Part shown: positions 51,452-63,600 of the stretch, in pieces
Numbering within the stretch: the stretch's first letter is position 1
Layout: every line of letters starts with the position of its first letter
Origin: Anthoceros angustus
Taxonomy: Eukaryota; Plantae; Anthocerotophyta
Length of the DNA: 64,000 bases
Assembly (NCBI GenBank): GCA_010909165.1
Contig: MU008182.1
Location: forward strand, 62,001-126,000
Direction of reading: 5' to 3'
The notes under the pieces: generated by a model
Told to the model about the DNA's origin: nothing
The model's database searches: none
Seen by the model: only the letters and a program-made list of their open reading frames with translations
Translations under genes and position numbers: made by a program

Positions 51452-54400
51452 TTGAAGAAGAATTTGAAGCTACCCAAAACTCGCCTATGGGGTAATGATA
51501 ATGTCCATCCTCCCACACATTATCATTTTGGTGATGGTTTCAAAGAGAAAGATAGATTCAACGGGAAAGATTATGATATTTGGGCATTACGTATGCGAGG
51601 AGCATTGAGACAAAGAGCATTATGGGGTATTGTTGATGGATCCATAACGAGACCAAGGTCCGATGATGAACGAGAACTTCAGATTTCCTGGGACGCCAGG
51701 GATGAGAAGGCACAAGATTTATTAATAAGTGGACTCTCTCAACAAATGGTCAGGCATGTTGCACGCAAAAACATCTCATGAAATGTGGTCTCACCTTACT
51801 CAATTATATTCATCACAAGATGTAATGAGCATTGTGGCAGCTTCTCGTAACTTTCGTAATTTATTTATGAAAGAATCCGATACTATCGAACATCATATTA
51901 ATGCTTTTAGACAAGCACGTTCCCAAGTTGAATCGAATCGGTGTACCTATATCCGAGATGGAAGCTTATGTCACCCTTCTATCTTCATTGCCTCCCTCCT
52001 ATCGTCCATTCATCACTACTCAAACGCAGCTTATTCGCAATTCACGGAGAACCGCAGATGATGGCACAAAGGGTTTGACATAAGTGTTTAATCGATCGAG
52101 CACTTCTCCGTGAGGAGGCAAGTAGGCGCCATTCTCACTGGCCTAATAAACAACAAGTAATGTACTTGCAGAGGGGTAGAGGAAGAGGACGAGGCAGGCC
52201 GAGGTTACTCTTCCCAACGCCTCCATATTCTTCGCCAAGTACGAACATTGGAGAAAGCTCTTCATCGACACCTTCAAAGGGTAAGAAGAAGAGCGGCATT
52301 ATATGCAATTGGTGTAGGATCCCTAACCATATGGAAAAGGATTGTCACAAAGAAGAATGGTGAACCTCGCAAGGAGGCTTCACATGGAGTTAATGTAGCA
52401 TCTAAAAAGCAAACTTCATCAACTCCAATGTTGCTCACCGTATGTTTGGCATCATCCAAGCCTCGCTAATACCTCATGGTATTTAGACGGAGCAACATCA
52501 CATATATGTTACAACAAAAGTTATTTTCAATCATACTCACCAACCACGTGGCACCAAGTCGTCCTCTTGGGAGATGATCACAACCTCGCCTATCAAGGTA
52601 CGGGTTACATTGTCGACATGTGATTCGGACAAGTCCTTCACCTCCACCAAGTACTCCATGTTCCATTAATGTGCAAGAATTTATTATCGCTTGCAAGTAT
52701 TTGTCAAACCCATTCCATGCGGTGACCCTTTTACGATAGTTGCTTTCTCTCTCATGTAGGTGATAGCAATCATATTATTTGTAGTGGTACTTTAGAAGAT
52801 GGCCTTTATAGATTGTCCGTCCTAGTAGGAGGTCAACAATCTTATGTCACCGCTTCTTCTCAAAGTCCCCTCCATCAATGTTATGGCATTGTCGCCTTGG
52901 TCACCCAAATAGTCAAAAACTCACCCGGATGTCTAAGGAAACTTTTACGAAACCCATGTCTTGCAAATGTTGGGCATTTATCACAGTGCGAAACTTGTGT
53001 CCTCACAAAGCGTCACCAAGAGCCTTTTAAAACAAATCTCCACAAAGGGCAAAGAAACCTTTAGAGATAGTGCATAGACATCCTGGACCTCTATCTACAT
53101 CTTCTTTAGTGGAAGTAGGTATTTTTGACTTTTATAGATGATTTTTCCCGTTTGTCTCCTCCTATGTCTTGCAAAACAAGTCTGATGCTTTTCAATTTTT
53201 CAAAGATTATATGAAATGGGCGAGAGACTTACAGATTGCAAACCGAAAACATTACGCTCGACAATGGAGGTGAATTTACATCTAATCGATTTGAGGAGTT
53301 TTGTCGAAGGTATTGCTCAACAACTCACCGTTGTCTATACTCCTCAACAAAATGGGATAGCCGAAAATAAAAATCTGCGTTTACAGAGATAACAGTTGCT
53401 TATTAACACAGTGCCAAGTTGCCTAAGGTTTATTTGAGGCCCTTCTTACCGCAACCTATCTTATCAATCGCTTACCTACATCAAGACATGATGACGCCTT
53501 ATGAAGGCGTTTATTGGCAAGAAACCGTCCATTGATCATCTTCGTATTTTTGGATCACCGCATATGTTTTCATTCCTAAAGCATTACGTAAGAAGTTGGA
53601 TCCCAAGGCAGCCAAGTATCTTTTCATAGGATATATCAAGGCATTAAAGGGTATAAGTTATATAACCCTTCAACAAGACAACTTCTTTATGCTCGGAGTG
53701 TTACATTCCATGAGTCTTACCTCTTTTCTCCAACAGTGGGAGTTGAAGTTGTCGCCGATGATGCTAATGATTTTCTACATTTGATGATCCTAATCCCTTC
53801 CTTTCCTTGTCCCTACTCCTCGTGTTCCTTCTGTGACCCCATGCTGCAGGAGGAGGAGGAGCCTCTTCCACCTTCATCCGATCCCCTTGAGGCCATTTCA
53901 AGATGCTATACCTCCTGCTCAAGATGATAATGATCTTGGAAGTCGCGATAATCAAGAAATGGATCCCTTAGAACAAGAAGATGAACCAGCCTGTGGAAGA
54001 CACACCGCACCAAGGTACAACCTTAGATCACGTCCACTCATCTCGGCCTGCTGGTTGGAAAGAACCCCTTTGGGATACCTTGCTATTTTTCCCGATTCTA
54101 ATTCTCCGAGTCCCTTTATAATCAAGCTATGTGCCACCGAGACTTAGAAGAGCCTCTTACCCTAAAACAAGCCTTCTCTTCTCCTCCAAACATCTATGGA
54201 AGGAAGTCAGATTCGAGTATAATTCCCTCATTAGTAATTCTACATGGGAATTAGTTGAACCTCCTAAGGGTAGAAAAATAGTAACCAGCAAATGGGTATT
54301 TAAGATAAAGAGAAAGGAGATGGATCCGTGGAAAGGTATAAAGCACGCCTAGTTGCTAGAGGTTTTACCCAAATCGGACTAGACTATATACCTTGGGCCA

Positions 54401-55667
54401 CTTATGCTCCTGTAGCCAAGTTTGCCACTCTTCGCATGATCGCTATATGCCCGAGACGATCTTGAACTTCATATGATGGATGTGAAGACAACATATTTGT
54501 ATGGGCGCTTGAAAGAAGAAATATACATGAAGCAACGAGGGTTATGAAGTAAAAGGCAAGGAGCATTTAGTATGTAAATTGATCAAGGGTCTATATGGAC
54601 TCAAGCAATCCGCAAAAATTGGAACTTGACCATCCATATACAACTCTCGAATAAGGGATTTAAGCAAAGTAAAAGGCGATGCTTGCTTATATATTTACCT
54701 TAAGGAAATGATATATTTTACCTTCTATTATCGTCGATGACGCCTTTATGGCAACAAACTCTCTTATTCTCCTAATGAGATAAAAGCATGGCTTGGACAT
54801 TATATGAAAATGACCGACACAGGAGAAAATGAATTATGCACTTGGTGTAAATATTATCCGCGATAGGAGTAATAAAAAGTGAGCATAGTTCAAACCAAGT
54901 ATATAAAGGAGAGTTTAGCAAAATTGGAATGGAAGATGCAAAGCTGCACCCACACCTTTTGCTAGTGGCATCAGCTTACTTGATATGAGTCCTAAGAGTG
55001 CTCAAGAGAAAATGGAGATGGCATCCGTCCCATATCGACATGTCTCGGCACTCTCATATATTTAAGCAATTTTACTAGACACGATATTTCTTTTGAAGTC
55101 GGCCTCACGCTTTTGGAGAACCCGACATCAACACCGGATGTCGGTTAAGCGTATTTTTCGATACCTTAAAGGGACTATGCAACAGGTGACATTTAAGCAT
55201 ACACCGAATCAAAACATTAACACTTACGGCATATGCCGATGCCGATTATCTTGGTGATCCCGATACTCAAAATCCGTATCGTTATGTTTTACTTCTTGGA
55301 GGAGCTCCAATATCATGGTCGAGTAAGAAACACCTACCATTGCCTTGTCTAGTCGAATCAATATAGAGTACTAACATCTATTTCCAAGGATATAGTATGG
55401 TCTAGGCTAATTTTGAGTGAACTTAATCACCCTCAAGAAACCCAACATCTCTTTTAGTGATAGTAGCCATAGCACTTGCTAGAAACCCATTCCATTCCAA
55501 CCAACACATAGTTGAGTATCACTATATCGTAGAGAAGTTGGAAGATAACACTATAGATATCACTTATATACCAACACAAAACAATCCAAATTGATTTGTT
55601 AACTAAGTCATTAGGGAGAGATTTGCATTTAAGACACATGAAAATGTTAGGTATTCAAGAGGTTTAA
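51452..55667 (+). pseudogene. Copia gag-pol (many frameshifts)
   Basis: FNGKDYDIWALRM..LWGIVDG, CNWCRIPNHMEKDC, WYLD, LGHPN, TFIDDFSR, DNGGEF, TPQQNG, KWVFKIK, GAPISWSSKK. Confidence 0.92.
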
Positions 55668-55697
55668 GTCACTAGCTAGTATGTGTCAATGTATTTT

Positions 55698-57100
55698 CTA
55701 TAGTCCACACATCTTGTCTAGCATAGAAATTTCCTCTCCTAACTCTATGTAGTCCTCACTGTACTGCTTATCCTCTCTTTCTAATACCCAGAAGGATCCT
55801 ACAATACACACCATGGGTTATAAAGTGAAAATGATGAAAAGATAGTACTTAAGTCGTTAGGTTACTTACTGTACAAGTGTTTGGTGTGTCCTTCATATTT
55901 TTCACATGGGGAAGCACCTAACCACATCATCTTAATCCCTCTCTTTTCACATACATACTCCATGGGAACTTCATGGTCATCCTTTCCTCCGGAAGAACCA
56001 AGTAGGTTGCCTTGCATAAGTTTCCGGTGGCGGTAGGAACTAGGAATTTTCCTTTTGCACTTGCTCTCTCTTGAGTAGGTCGTAGAGGTAGGGCAAATCT
56101 CACATGGCTTGTGCCCACACTCTTATCTACACCGCAAAATAGAGATATTATTAGGAAAATGTTAGTTTAGTTTACGGTTTTTGGTATCATCTTTCCTACT
56201 CACTCCTTGGCTCTTCTATTGTTGCTATTACATCCTCTATGCGGTCATTTACACAAGGATGTGATCTCCGCTTGGCTACCCTCACAAATAGCTCTGAGGG
56301 TCTCTTGGTTTTATAGAGTCCTCGACTCTTCCGAATCTTCATTCATTTTGAAGTCATCATATTCGGCCTCGATTGGTGATGCTTGGCTTTATCGGATTAT
56401 CTACATCCATATTTATTAGCATTTTATGCACTCAAAATTTTTATGCAATTTATTTTGCAATTTATTGACTTACCAAGAACTTTGACTTCTCTCACAACGA
56501 CCTTGGATTTTTCCATGAGCGTCTGCACCACCAGGATATCATCCTCTTCATAAGTGGTGCACGGCTGCACGTTTTCCTTCTTTCTTTCTTCCGCAAGTAT
56601 CCTCCTTCCGCCACCAAGTGCTTGTTTGATTTTATCAAGACCCATGTTTCTCGCCTCACGAGACACGGACCCTCCACTCGGCCAATCAGATATTTATCAA
56701 GCAACTCCAGCAATTTATTTAGCAATTTATTTCAGCTATTTCCAGCATATAAATCCAGCAAATATTTCAAAATTTGATTCGAGCGAGCACCTTTTTATCG
56801 GCACGGCTGGATTCGCCAAATTCGCTATTTTCTCACCGATCTTGGCAAGTTAGGCACCGGTGACTTGATCGCTACGGATCGGCTGTGATCAACAAGCGAA
56901 ATTTTTGGAGTGATGGATCTCCGGATCGATGCGATGGCCGGGCCGGATGGCGCGAGGCTGGATGGCGCGAGGCTGGATGGCGCGCAGCTGGCTGGATGGC
57001 GGCCCGGCCGATCAGGAGATCGAGCGGATGGCGAGGATTGCACCCGAGGTGCGCGGAGCGCGGAGGGTCGGGCCGATGGCGCGAATGGATGGCATGGATG
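55698..57100 (-). CDS. Spliced antisense accessory gene of Copia-B
   Basis: Exons 55870-56132 and 55698-55798; 71-nt introns at 56133-56203 and 55799-55869; last exon reads RSFWVLEREDKQYSEDYIELGEEISMLDKMCGL*; upstream exons not resolved. Confidence 0.75.
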
Positions 57101-57269
57101 GCGAGCGATGGCGATCGGAGATGGCGCGGCGATCACGAGGATTGAGCACCCGAGGTGCGCGGAGCGCGATGCGGGGGGGAGAAGACGGTTTTTGTCTCCC
57201 CCGTTTCGTAAACCGCCGGGCGGCCGTTAACGCCGAACCGCCCCTACCCGCTCACAGGCGCGAGAGGGG

Positions 57270-57375
57270 CCGTCAGATTTATAGGCCGAAATGGGCCTAT
57301 CCTGGCTTTTATTTATAGGCCGAAATGGGCCTATCTGTTTTAGCTTTTATTTATAGGCCATTTTGTGGCCCGCCT
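57270..57375 (-). promoter_or_regulatory. Candidate promoter of the antisense gene
   Basis: Repeated ATAGGCCCATTTCGGCCTATAAAT on the minus strand (site II-like GGCCCA plus TATA). Confidence 0.4.
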
Positions 57376-57561
57376 ATTTTGTTTTTCATTTTCTTTATGC
57401 CTATATTAAGTCCTTATTTATGACTTGATTATATGTTAGATGCTTAAGTTTTTAAGACCTTTTCTTAAGCGAGATAACTTTAGGTTTAGTGGGAGCCTAT
57501 TTAACATTTAGGCCTCATTTTAAAGGCTAGACTTCACCCCTATATTCATAGTGAGTGGGAG

Positions 57562-57821
57562 TGATGAAATAGGTCTAGATTAGGGCACTATTCATTAGGG
57601 CCTCATAACTTAAACATTATTATCTACCTAGGGTTATTTAGGTAGTTAGTAGTTATATATTATATTGGTTACAACAACTTACGGTTGCAACTACTTATGG
57701 TTGCAACCATTTATGGTTGTAACCACCCAACCACCCAGCCTATTTAAAGGCTTGTACTTTACTCATTAATTACTTACATTGTTTCTTCTTCTTCTAATCT
57801 AAGAGCTACAGATTCTCATCA
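57562..57821 (+). repeat. 3' LTR of Copia-B
   Basis: Direct repeat of 50462-50720. Confidence 0.93.
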
Positions 57822-57826
57822 AGACA

Positions 57827-59277
57827 GGCAGCGATGGCGCGCCCTCGGCCTTCTTCCTCAGCGCGTACCATCCGGGCATGGAAGGGCCATGCTGCTGCCT
57901 CGCCGAACGCAGCCCCGAGCCTTGCGCAGCTGCGCGTAATGGTGTCGCTGACGCGCTGCAGCGTGCGATCTTTAACCCAGCAGGATCGATCCGATCTGAA
58001 TTCTCGCCACCGTACTCGCCTCCAATCCTAATAAGAATCTTGGTGAAGATCAACAAAACGCCTATCCTTCTGCTGAAGCTGCTGAAGATGAGGATGAATT
58101 CATGGTTGTCCAGACCCAATTGCATGGATCGGGTGTTGTTCTTCAACAAATTGATGCTCCTCCAAATAGTGGTAAGTTTGATCAATACCTAATTTTTGGT
58201 TTTATTAAATTACCAAAAGAAAATGCTTGATGTTGCATATGCATTTTCTTAATGCATAAATGCTTATTGCCATGGGTGGTGGTGTCGATGATGATATCCC
58301 TTGCCGATGGAAGGAGACCACGTGGGCGAGAGGCCCCTCCCCATGCCGACGACGACCTTCTCCTACTCCATCCAGGAGCCGGAGTCAGGATAACGGGGTG
58401 CCAGGTTTGCCTGATTTCTGGAAGTACCCCAATATTCCTCCACCTGTGTCCACAGATCCACCTGGTTACGACGACTTTGACATCGAGATTGATGAGGAAG
58501 AATCCGCCAAGGAGTCCGGAGATTCGATGAAGACCGATGTCACCTCCCGCCGAGCAGTTTGTGAGGGCAGGCCTAGCTGGAGGTCTCAACCTTGTGTTGA
58601 TGGAGGATTTGAGGACGCCAATGGTGCCGACGCCCTCAACAAGCTTGTATCAGGTAAGCCTGTTTGCATAGTTATGAAAACATAGAAACATAACAACATG
58701 GTTTCTGATGGCGATTTCCATTGCAGACTGGGAAGGTAGCAAGTCGCAACCAGAGGTGGCCGCGAAGAGCAATGTAGCAGAGACTAGTGAGGAGAAGTGT
58801 GAGTAGGAAGATAGGGTGGTGACCTATATATGTAAGCTAGCTACTAGCACTTTATAATTAATAAAAACTACTTCTATTGCAGATGTAGATAAATGTGTGG
58901 GCACAAGCCATGTGAGGTTTGCCCTGCCACTACATGCAACCCAAGAGAAAACAAGTACAAGAAGGAAAATACCAAATTCCTACCTACCAGCTGGGAATCT
59001 ATTTAAGGCTACCTACTTGATATTCCCAGGGGAACCAAATGACCATGAGGCTCCCATGGAGTATATATGTGACAAGAAAGGGATAAAAATGATGTGGTTA
59101 GGTGCATCCCCATGTGAGGAGTATGAAGGACATACAAAACACCTATATAGTAAGTGACCTATAGTGTTTGTTGTAGGATCCTTTTGGGCATTAGAGAGAG
59201 ACACTAAGGAATACAGTGAAGACTACCTGGAGCTAGAAGAAGAACTAGAAACGCTTGACAAACTTTGTGGCTTGTAG
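57827..59277 (+). CDS. Spliced antisense accessory gene of Copia-C (5' part probably left of 50462)
   Basis: Donors at 58172, 58654, 58799 and 59150; acceptors at 58726, 58882 and 59176; phase-1 exons of 72 and 267 nt splice in frame; last exon reads RSFWALERDTKEYSEDYLELEEELETLDKLCGL*. Confidence 0.8.
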
Positions 59278-59295
59278 TTTTCTAAGTTATTTCCA

Positions 59296-60650
59296 CTAGC
59301 TTGATGGGCTTATTTTAACCTCTTGTATTCCTAAACTCTTCATATGTTTTAAATGCAAATCTCTTCCCAATGGATTTGTTAACAGATCAGCTGGATTCTC
59401 ATGGGTTTGGATGTAATTTATATCTATTGTTTTATTTTCTAACATCTCGCGTATGTAATGATATTCTACTGCTATATGCTTAGTCCTTGAGTGGAAGACA
59501 GGGTTTCTGGCTAAAGCTATAGCTTCCCGACTATCACTGAAAAGAGGTGTGGGGTCATTTTGAGGATAGCTTAGCTCGCTCAATGCTAACCTACTCCAGA
59601 CTATATCTTTGGAGACTGAGGTTAGGACCCTATACTCTGACTCAGTACTTGACAAAGCAATTGTTGGTTATTTCTTACTTGACCATGAGATGGGAGCCCC
59701 TCCTAGCAGTAGTACATAGCCGGATACAGATTTACGGCTATCTGGGTCTCCGGCATAGTCAGCATCAGCATATGCTTTTAAGGTTAACTTTGATATGCCG
59801 GGTACATGTTTGTACATCAATCCTGTGTGCATAGTCCCCTTTAGATACCTGAATACTCTCTTGACACATTGCCAATGTTGTCTTCTAGGGTTCTCCAAAA
59901 ATTGTGAGACTGCACTAACTTCAAAAGATATGTCTGGTCTAGTGAAGTTGCTTAAATATATTAATGTACCAACAGCATGTCTGTATGGTACTGCTGACAT
60001 TTCTTCTTTCTCAGCATCTGTCTTAGGGCTCATATCTGAAGTGAGCCTAGTGCCACTAGGAAATGGTGTGGCAACTGGTTTAGCGTCTTCAAGTCCAAAC
60101 TTGTCTAAACTTTCTTTTATATATTTTGTCTGTACTAGACTGATGGATTTGTTATTTCTATCCCTTATAACTTTGACGCCAAGGGCATATGTTAGCTCTC
60201 CTAAGTCCGTCATTTCATAGTGACTTCTTAGCCAAGCTTTAACTTCAGCTAGGTGGGAGAGTGAAGATGATGCTAGGAATAAATCATCCACATAAAGCAA
60301 GAGGTAAAGTGTATGATGGTTTGACTTTAAGACATACATACTTGCATCAGCTTTGCTTTGTATAAAGCCATACTTGATAAGCTTGTCATGTATATCCTTG
60401 TTCCATTCCTTACCAGATTGCTTTAGGCCATACAGACCTTTGATTAGCCTACATACCATATCTTCTTTGCCCTTGACCTCATAACCCTCGGGTTGTTTCA
60501 TGTATATTTCTTCTTGAATGCGTCCATGCAAGTAAGCAGTTTTGACGTCCATCATATGAAGCTGTAAATCATGTTGAGCGGTCAAGGCTATTATCATTCT
60601 TGAGGAGGCAAATTTTGCTACTGGAGCATAAGTAGCCCAGGGTATGTAAT
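59296..60650 (-). CDS. Copia RT + RNase H, nearly intact
   Basis: MDVKTAYLHG, LYGLKQSG, LLLYVDDL, YADADYAG, SSTESEY, RTKHI, ADLLT. Confidence 0.95.
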
Positions 60651-63600
60651 TGTGGAACGCAAAAGTTTGGGCAACCAGCCCAAAAGAGCCCGAAGGCAAA
60701 CAAGTTTGATTCTTTTTGGCTAGGAACGATTGAAGGGAAGCATGCCAAGAAATTTTCTGAGGATCTTGAAGCTAGAGTCGTAGGATATTGTTAGGAAGGC
60801 GAAGAGGATATCCCAGGAAAAAGAACGGGTCAAAACAACCTCCTGGCAAGGCGCGTAAGGGTCCAAAGGCGAGGTCGCGCATCACCGTAGGGTCGCCACA
60901 CTACGCCGAGGTCGAGAAGGCGGACTACGCGGTGGTGGTAGACTACCGCGTAGGTCGACGATCTCGCAGAAAAGAAATTAATATAAGAGGGATATCCACT
61001 ATATATGCCCACCAATAGGGGAATAAATATATAGAGTAATTAGTAAGCGATTAATTAGCGACAGCGAGCAGGATAAGAAAGTAGGCAGGGTTAAGTAATT
61101 TGGAATGATGAACCAAATCTAGGGTTGTGAAGCCTCCAGGTGGCGGTCATCCAAGGAAGGCAAAGTGCAGTTTGGGCAACACCAACTTTCTCTCCGAATT
61201 GTGGCGGCTTCACTTCGTGACAGACTGAAGCTGGAGCATAAGAGCTAGGCGCAACGAAGAAGGAAAGGGAGGCTACCATCGCCACGCTGCCGCCGCGACT
61301 TGTGACCAAGGGAAGGACGGAGCACGCGCTGAAACAGGGGAGGAAACCCTAGCTAGGCGCAAGGAAGAAGAAAAGGAGGCAGGCACTAAGTGCTCTAGAA
61401 CACCGAGGAGCTTCCCGGACACTGTGAAGTGGCGAGGAGCGCGTTACGAGTGCTGGCAGCAGAGAGCGAAGGGAGGAGGCGCCAAGTCGGAGCGCATGCG
61501 ACCTCGCGATTGTGAAAGGAAGAACCGCGAAGAAGAGGTTGTCAGCAGCTGAAAAACTCGAGCCAGGGCTAACGTGTATTCCAGGGCGCGTGTTGTTCCC
61601 ACAATTGGAAGCGGAGCAGAGGGCACAAGGGCGCAACAGCGAGGCAGCGTCGAAATTGGCGGGAAGGATTGAAGGAAGGTGCAAGTCACCCACGCGAAAC
61701 GCCCTCGCGTTGAAGAAAAAGGAGAAAAGAAATTGGTGGGAAGCAAGCCAGGTCTAACCTTGAATTTGTGTGATAGAGTTGCTTTCCACCAAGGGTGTTT
61801 GCTGAGCTGAGGCACTAAAAGGGCGAGAGAAATCGCAATTGGGAAGTAGCTTCCTCCTTTGACAGCACTTGGGAAGTAATTCACTCCCCTAGCAACAGTT
61901 GGGAAGAAGAACGCCACCATGCCTCGAGCAGGAAAAGGCAAGGGGAAGGAACCGCCTACCAAGGGCTCCTCCTCGAGAGGACGTAAAGGAAAAAAGGCGG
62001 CAGCGGAGGATGCGCCGCCAGGAGGGGGCGAGCTTTTGATGCCGCAATTTACGTGCTTTGCAGGGCAGCTCAACCCCAGGGATTTGGTCGATTTTCGATT
62101 TTCGGTGGGCGGAGGAGAACATCAATTGGGATGGGTGTATGGCGCCAATGGGCCTACACTAATTTAGAAGCGATTGAGTGTTTCATCAACCTCCATCAAT
62201 CGAAGCCCTTGCGCGTTAGGAAGAAATGCTCACGATCCTCATTCTTTGAATAGTAAGGAGCATCTGGCGAGTGTATGGGAGGCGGAAGAGGAGAGCTCGA
62301 ATTGCTCTCCTCGAAAGGTCGAATGGAGGGAAGAGGCCCTCTAGAAATCCGCAAGAGTTCCTTGACATGATGGACGGAGGAGTGAAGGCCCACGCCAAGA
62401 ATGGCTGGAAAACAGAGAGCATCAAGGAGCTGAAGTGGAGGCTCTTTGCAAAGATTGTGCTGGGGTTGGTAAATTACCAACGAACTTCTTATTTTAGCAC
62501 CAACTTCCTCCAGTTTTTGTGGAAGATTTTCATGGGAGCCAAACCGGATTGGGGAACCATTATGTATGAAGCATACATCCACCACCGGGAGAAGCTCCTC
62601 AAGCCAAATTCAGTGGATGAGGAAGGCCCAAGGCTACCTTAGCACCTATTTGGTGCATTTGTGGGAAACAGGGACTTCTCACAAGCAAGGAGTTGAAGAT
62701 GCATGGCATCCTTTGAGATAATCCATCTCCACCAAGTTTGGAAAGGCCTTTGCCTTTTGCATTGAGGAAGATGGAGGTCGACTCCACAAGCATGCTAGAG
62801 AGCAAGAGGAGGAGGCAACAAGGTCCGGAGTGGGAACTTTTCCCACAAGAGCAAGCAAGGAGAGGAAGAACCGCCGAGGAAGGCCGAATGGTAGTCTATG
62901 AGAGAAGGACCACGGGCCCAGAGTGGGGGAGTCCCCACCATCTCATTTGTGCCTAGGAAGAGGCACCCCACTCACCCGGGAGGCACCCCACCTGTGGGTG
63001 CACCACTGGTAGGCGGCCACCACCATGGTAGGTAGGCGGACTACCGCGGGGGGGAGCAGCCACCATGTAGGCACCCCACGCCAGAACAGCCTCACGCGGT
63101 GGAAGGGAAGGAGAAGCACATGAGGCGCCGGGCGCCGGCCACCATCACCCGCTACCGGGTGGGAGAGCGGATGGAGGGGACCTCACCGGATGGCCGGAGT
63201 GCAAGGAGCTGAGATTTCCAAGAAGAAGAGAGGGGTGAATTAGGACCCCTAGGAGAATTGGCCGAGTGCTTGTGAAGCACTCACCTGTGGATTGAAGGGG
63301 CTAGGAGCTAGCAGCCTCCTTGTGGGCATGCCAAGAGGAAGTGAAAGCCCAAGACATGGCCGGAGGAAAGCAGGACCAAATGGCAATTGGAGGCCATGGA
63401 GTCCGACGAAAAGGCAAGGGAAGGAACCGCTACCAAGGGCCTCCTCGAGAGGAAAGGAAAAAAGGCGGCAGAGGATGCGCCGCCAGAGGGGGCGAGCTTT
63501 TGATGCCCAATTCACTTGCTTTGCGGCAGCTCAACCCTGTGGATTGAAGGGGCTAAGAGGAGAACATCCAATTGGGATGGGTGTATGGCCGCCAATGGCC

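Larger units (their letters stand above)
50462..57821 (+). mobile_element. Full-length Ty1/Copia element (Copia-B)
   Basis: LTRs at 50462-50720 and 57562-57821 are nearly identical; PBS at 50721; PPT at 57550-57561; order gag-PR-INT-RT-RH; flanks GCACA/AGACA. Confidence 0.95.
49427..60650 (-). mobile_element. Copia-C, 3' half (3' LTR, PPT, antisense gene, RNase H, RT); split by Copia-B and cut at 60650 by another insertion
   Basis: LTR 49427-49726 plus PPT on the left; RT/RNase H on the minus strand at 59296-60650. Confidence 0.8.

Noticed and set aside
60651-60699. N-terminus of the 343-aa RT ORF (MPSGSFG...)
   Set aside because: Chance read-through from the inserted element; RT homology begins at 60650
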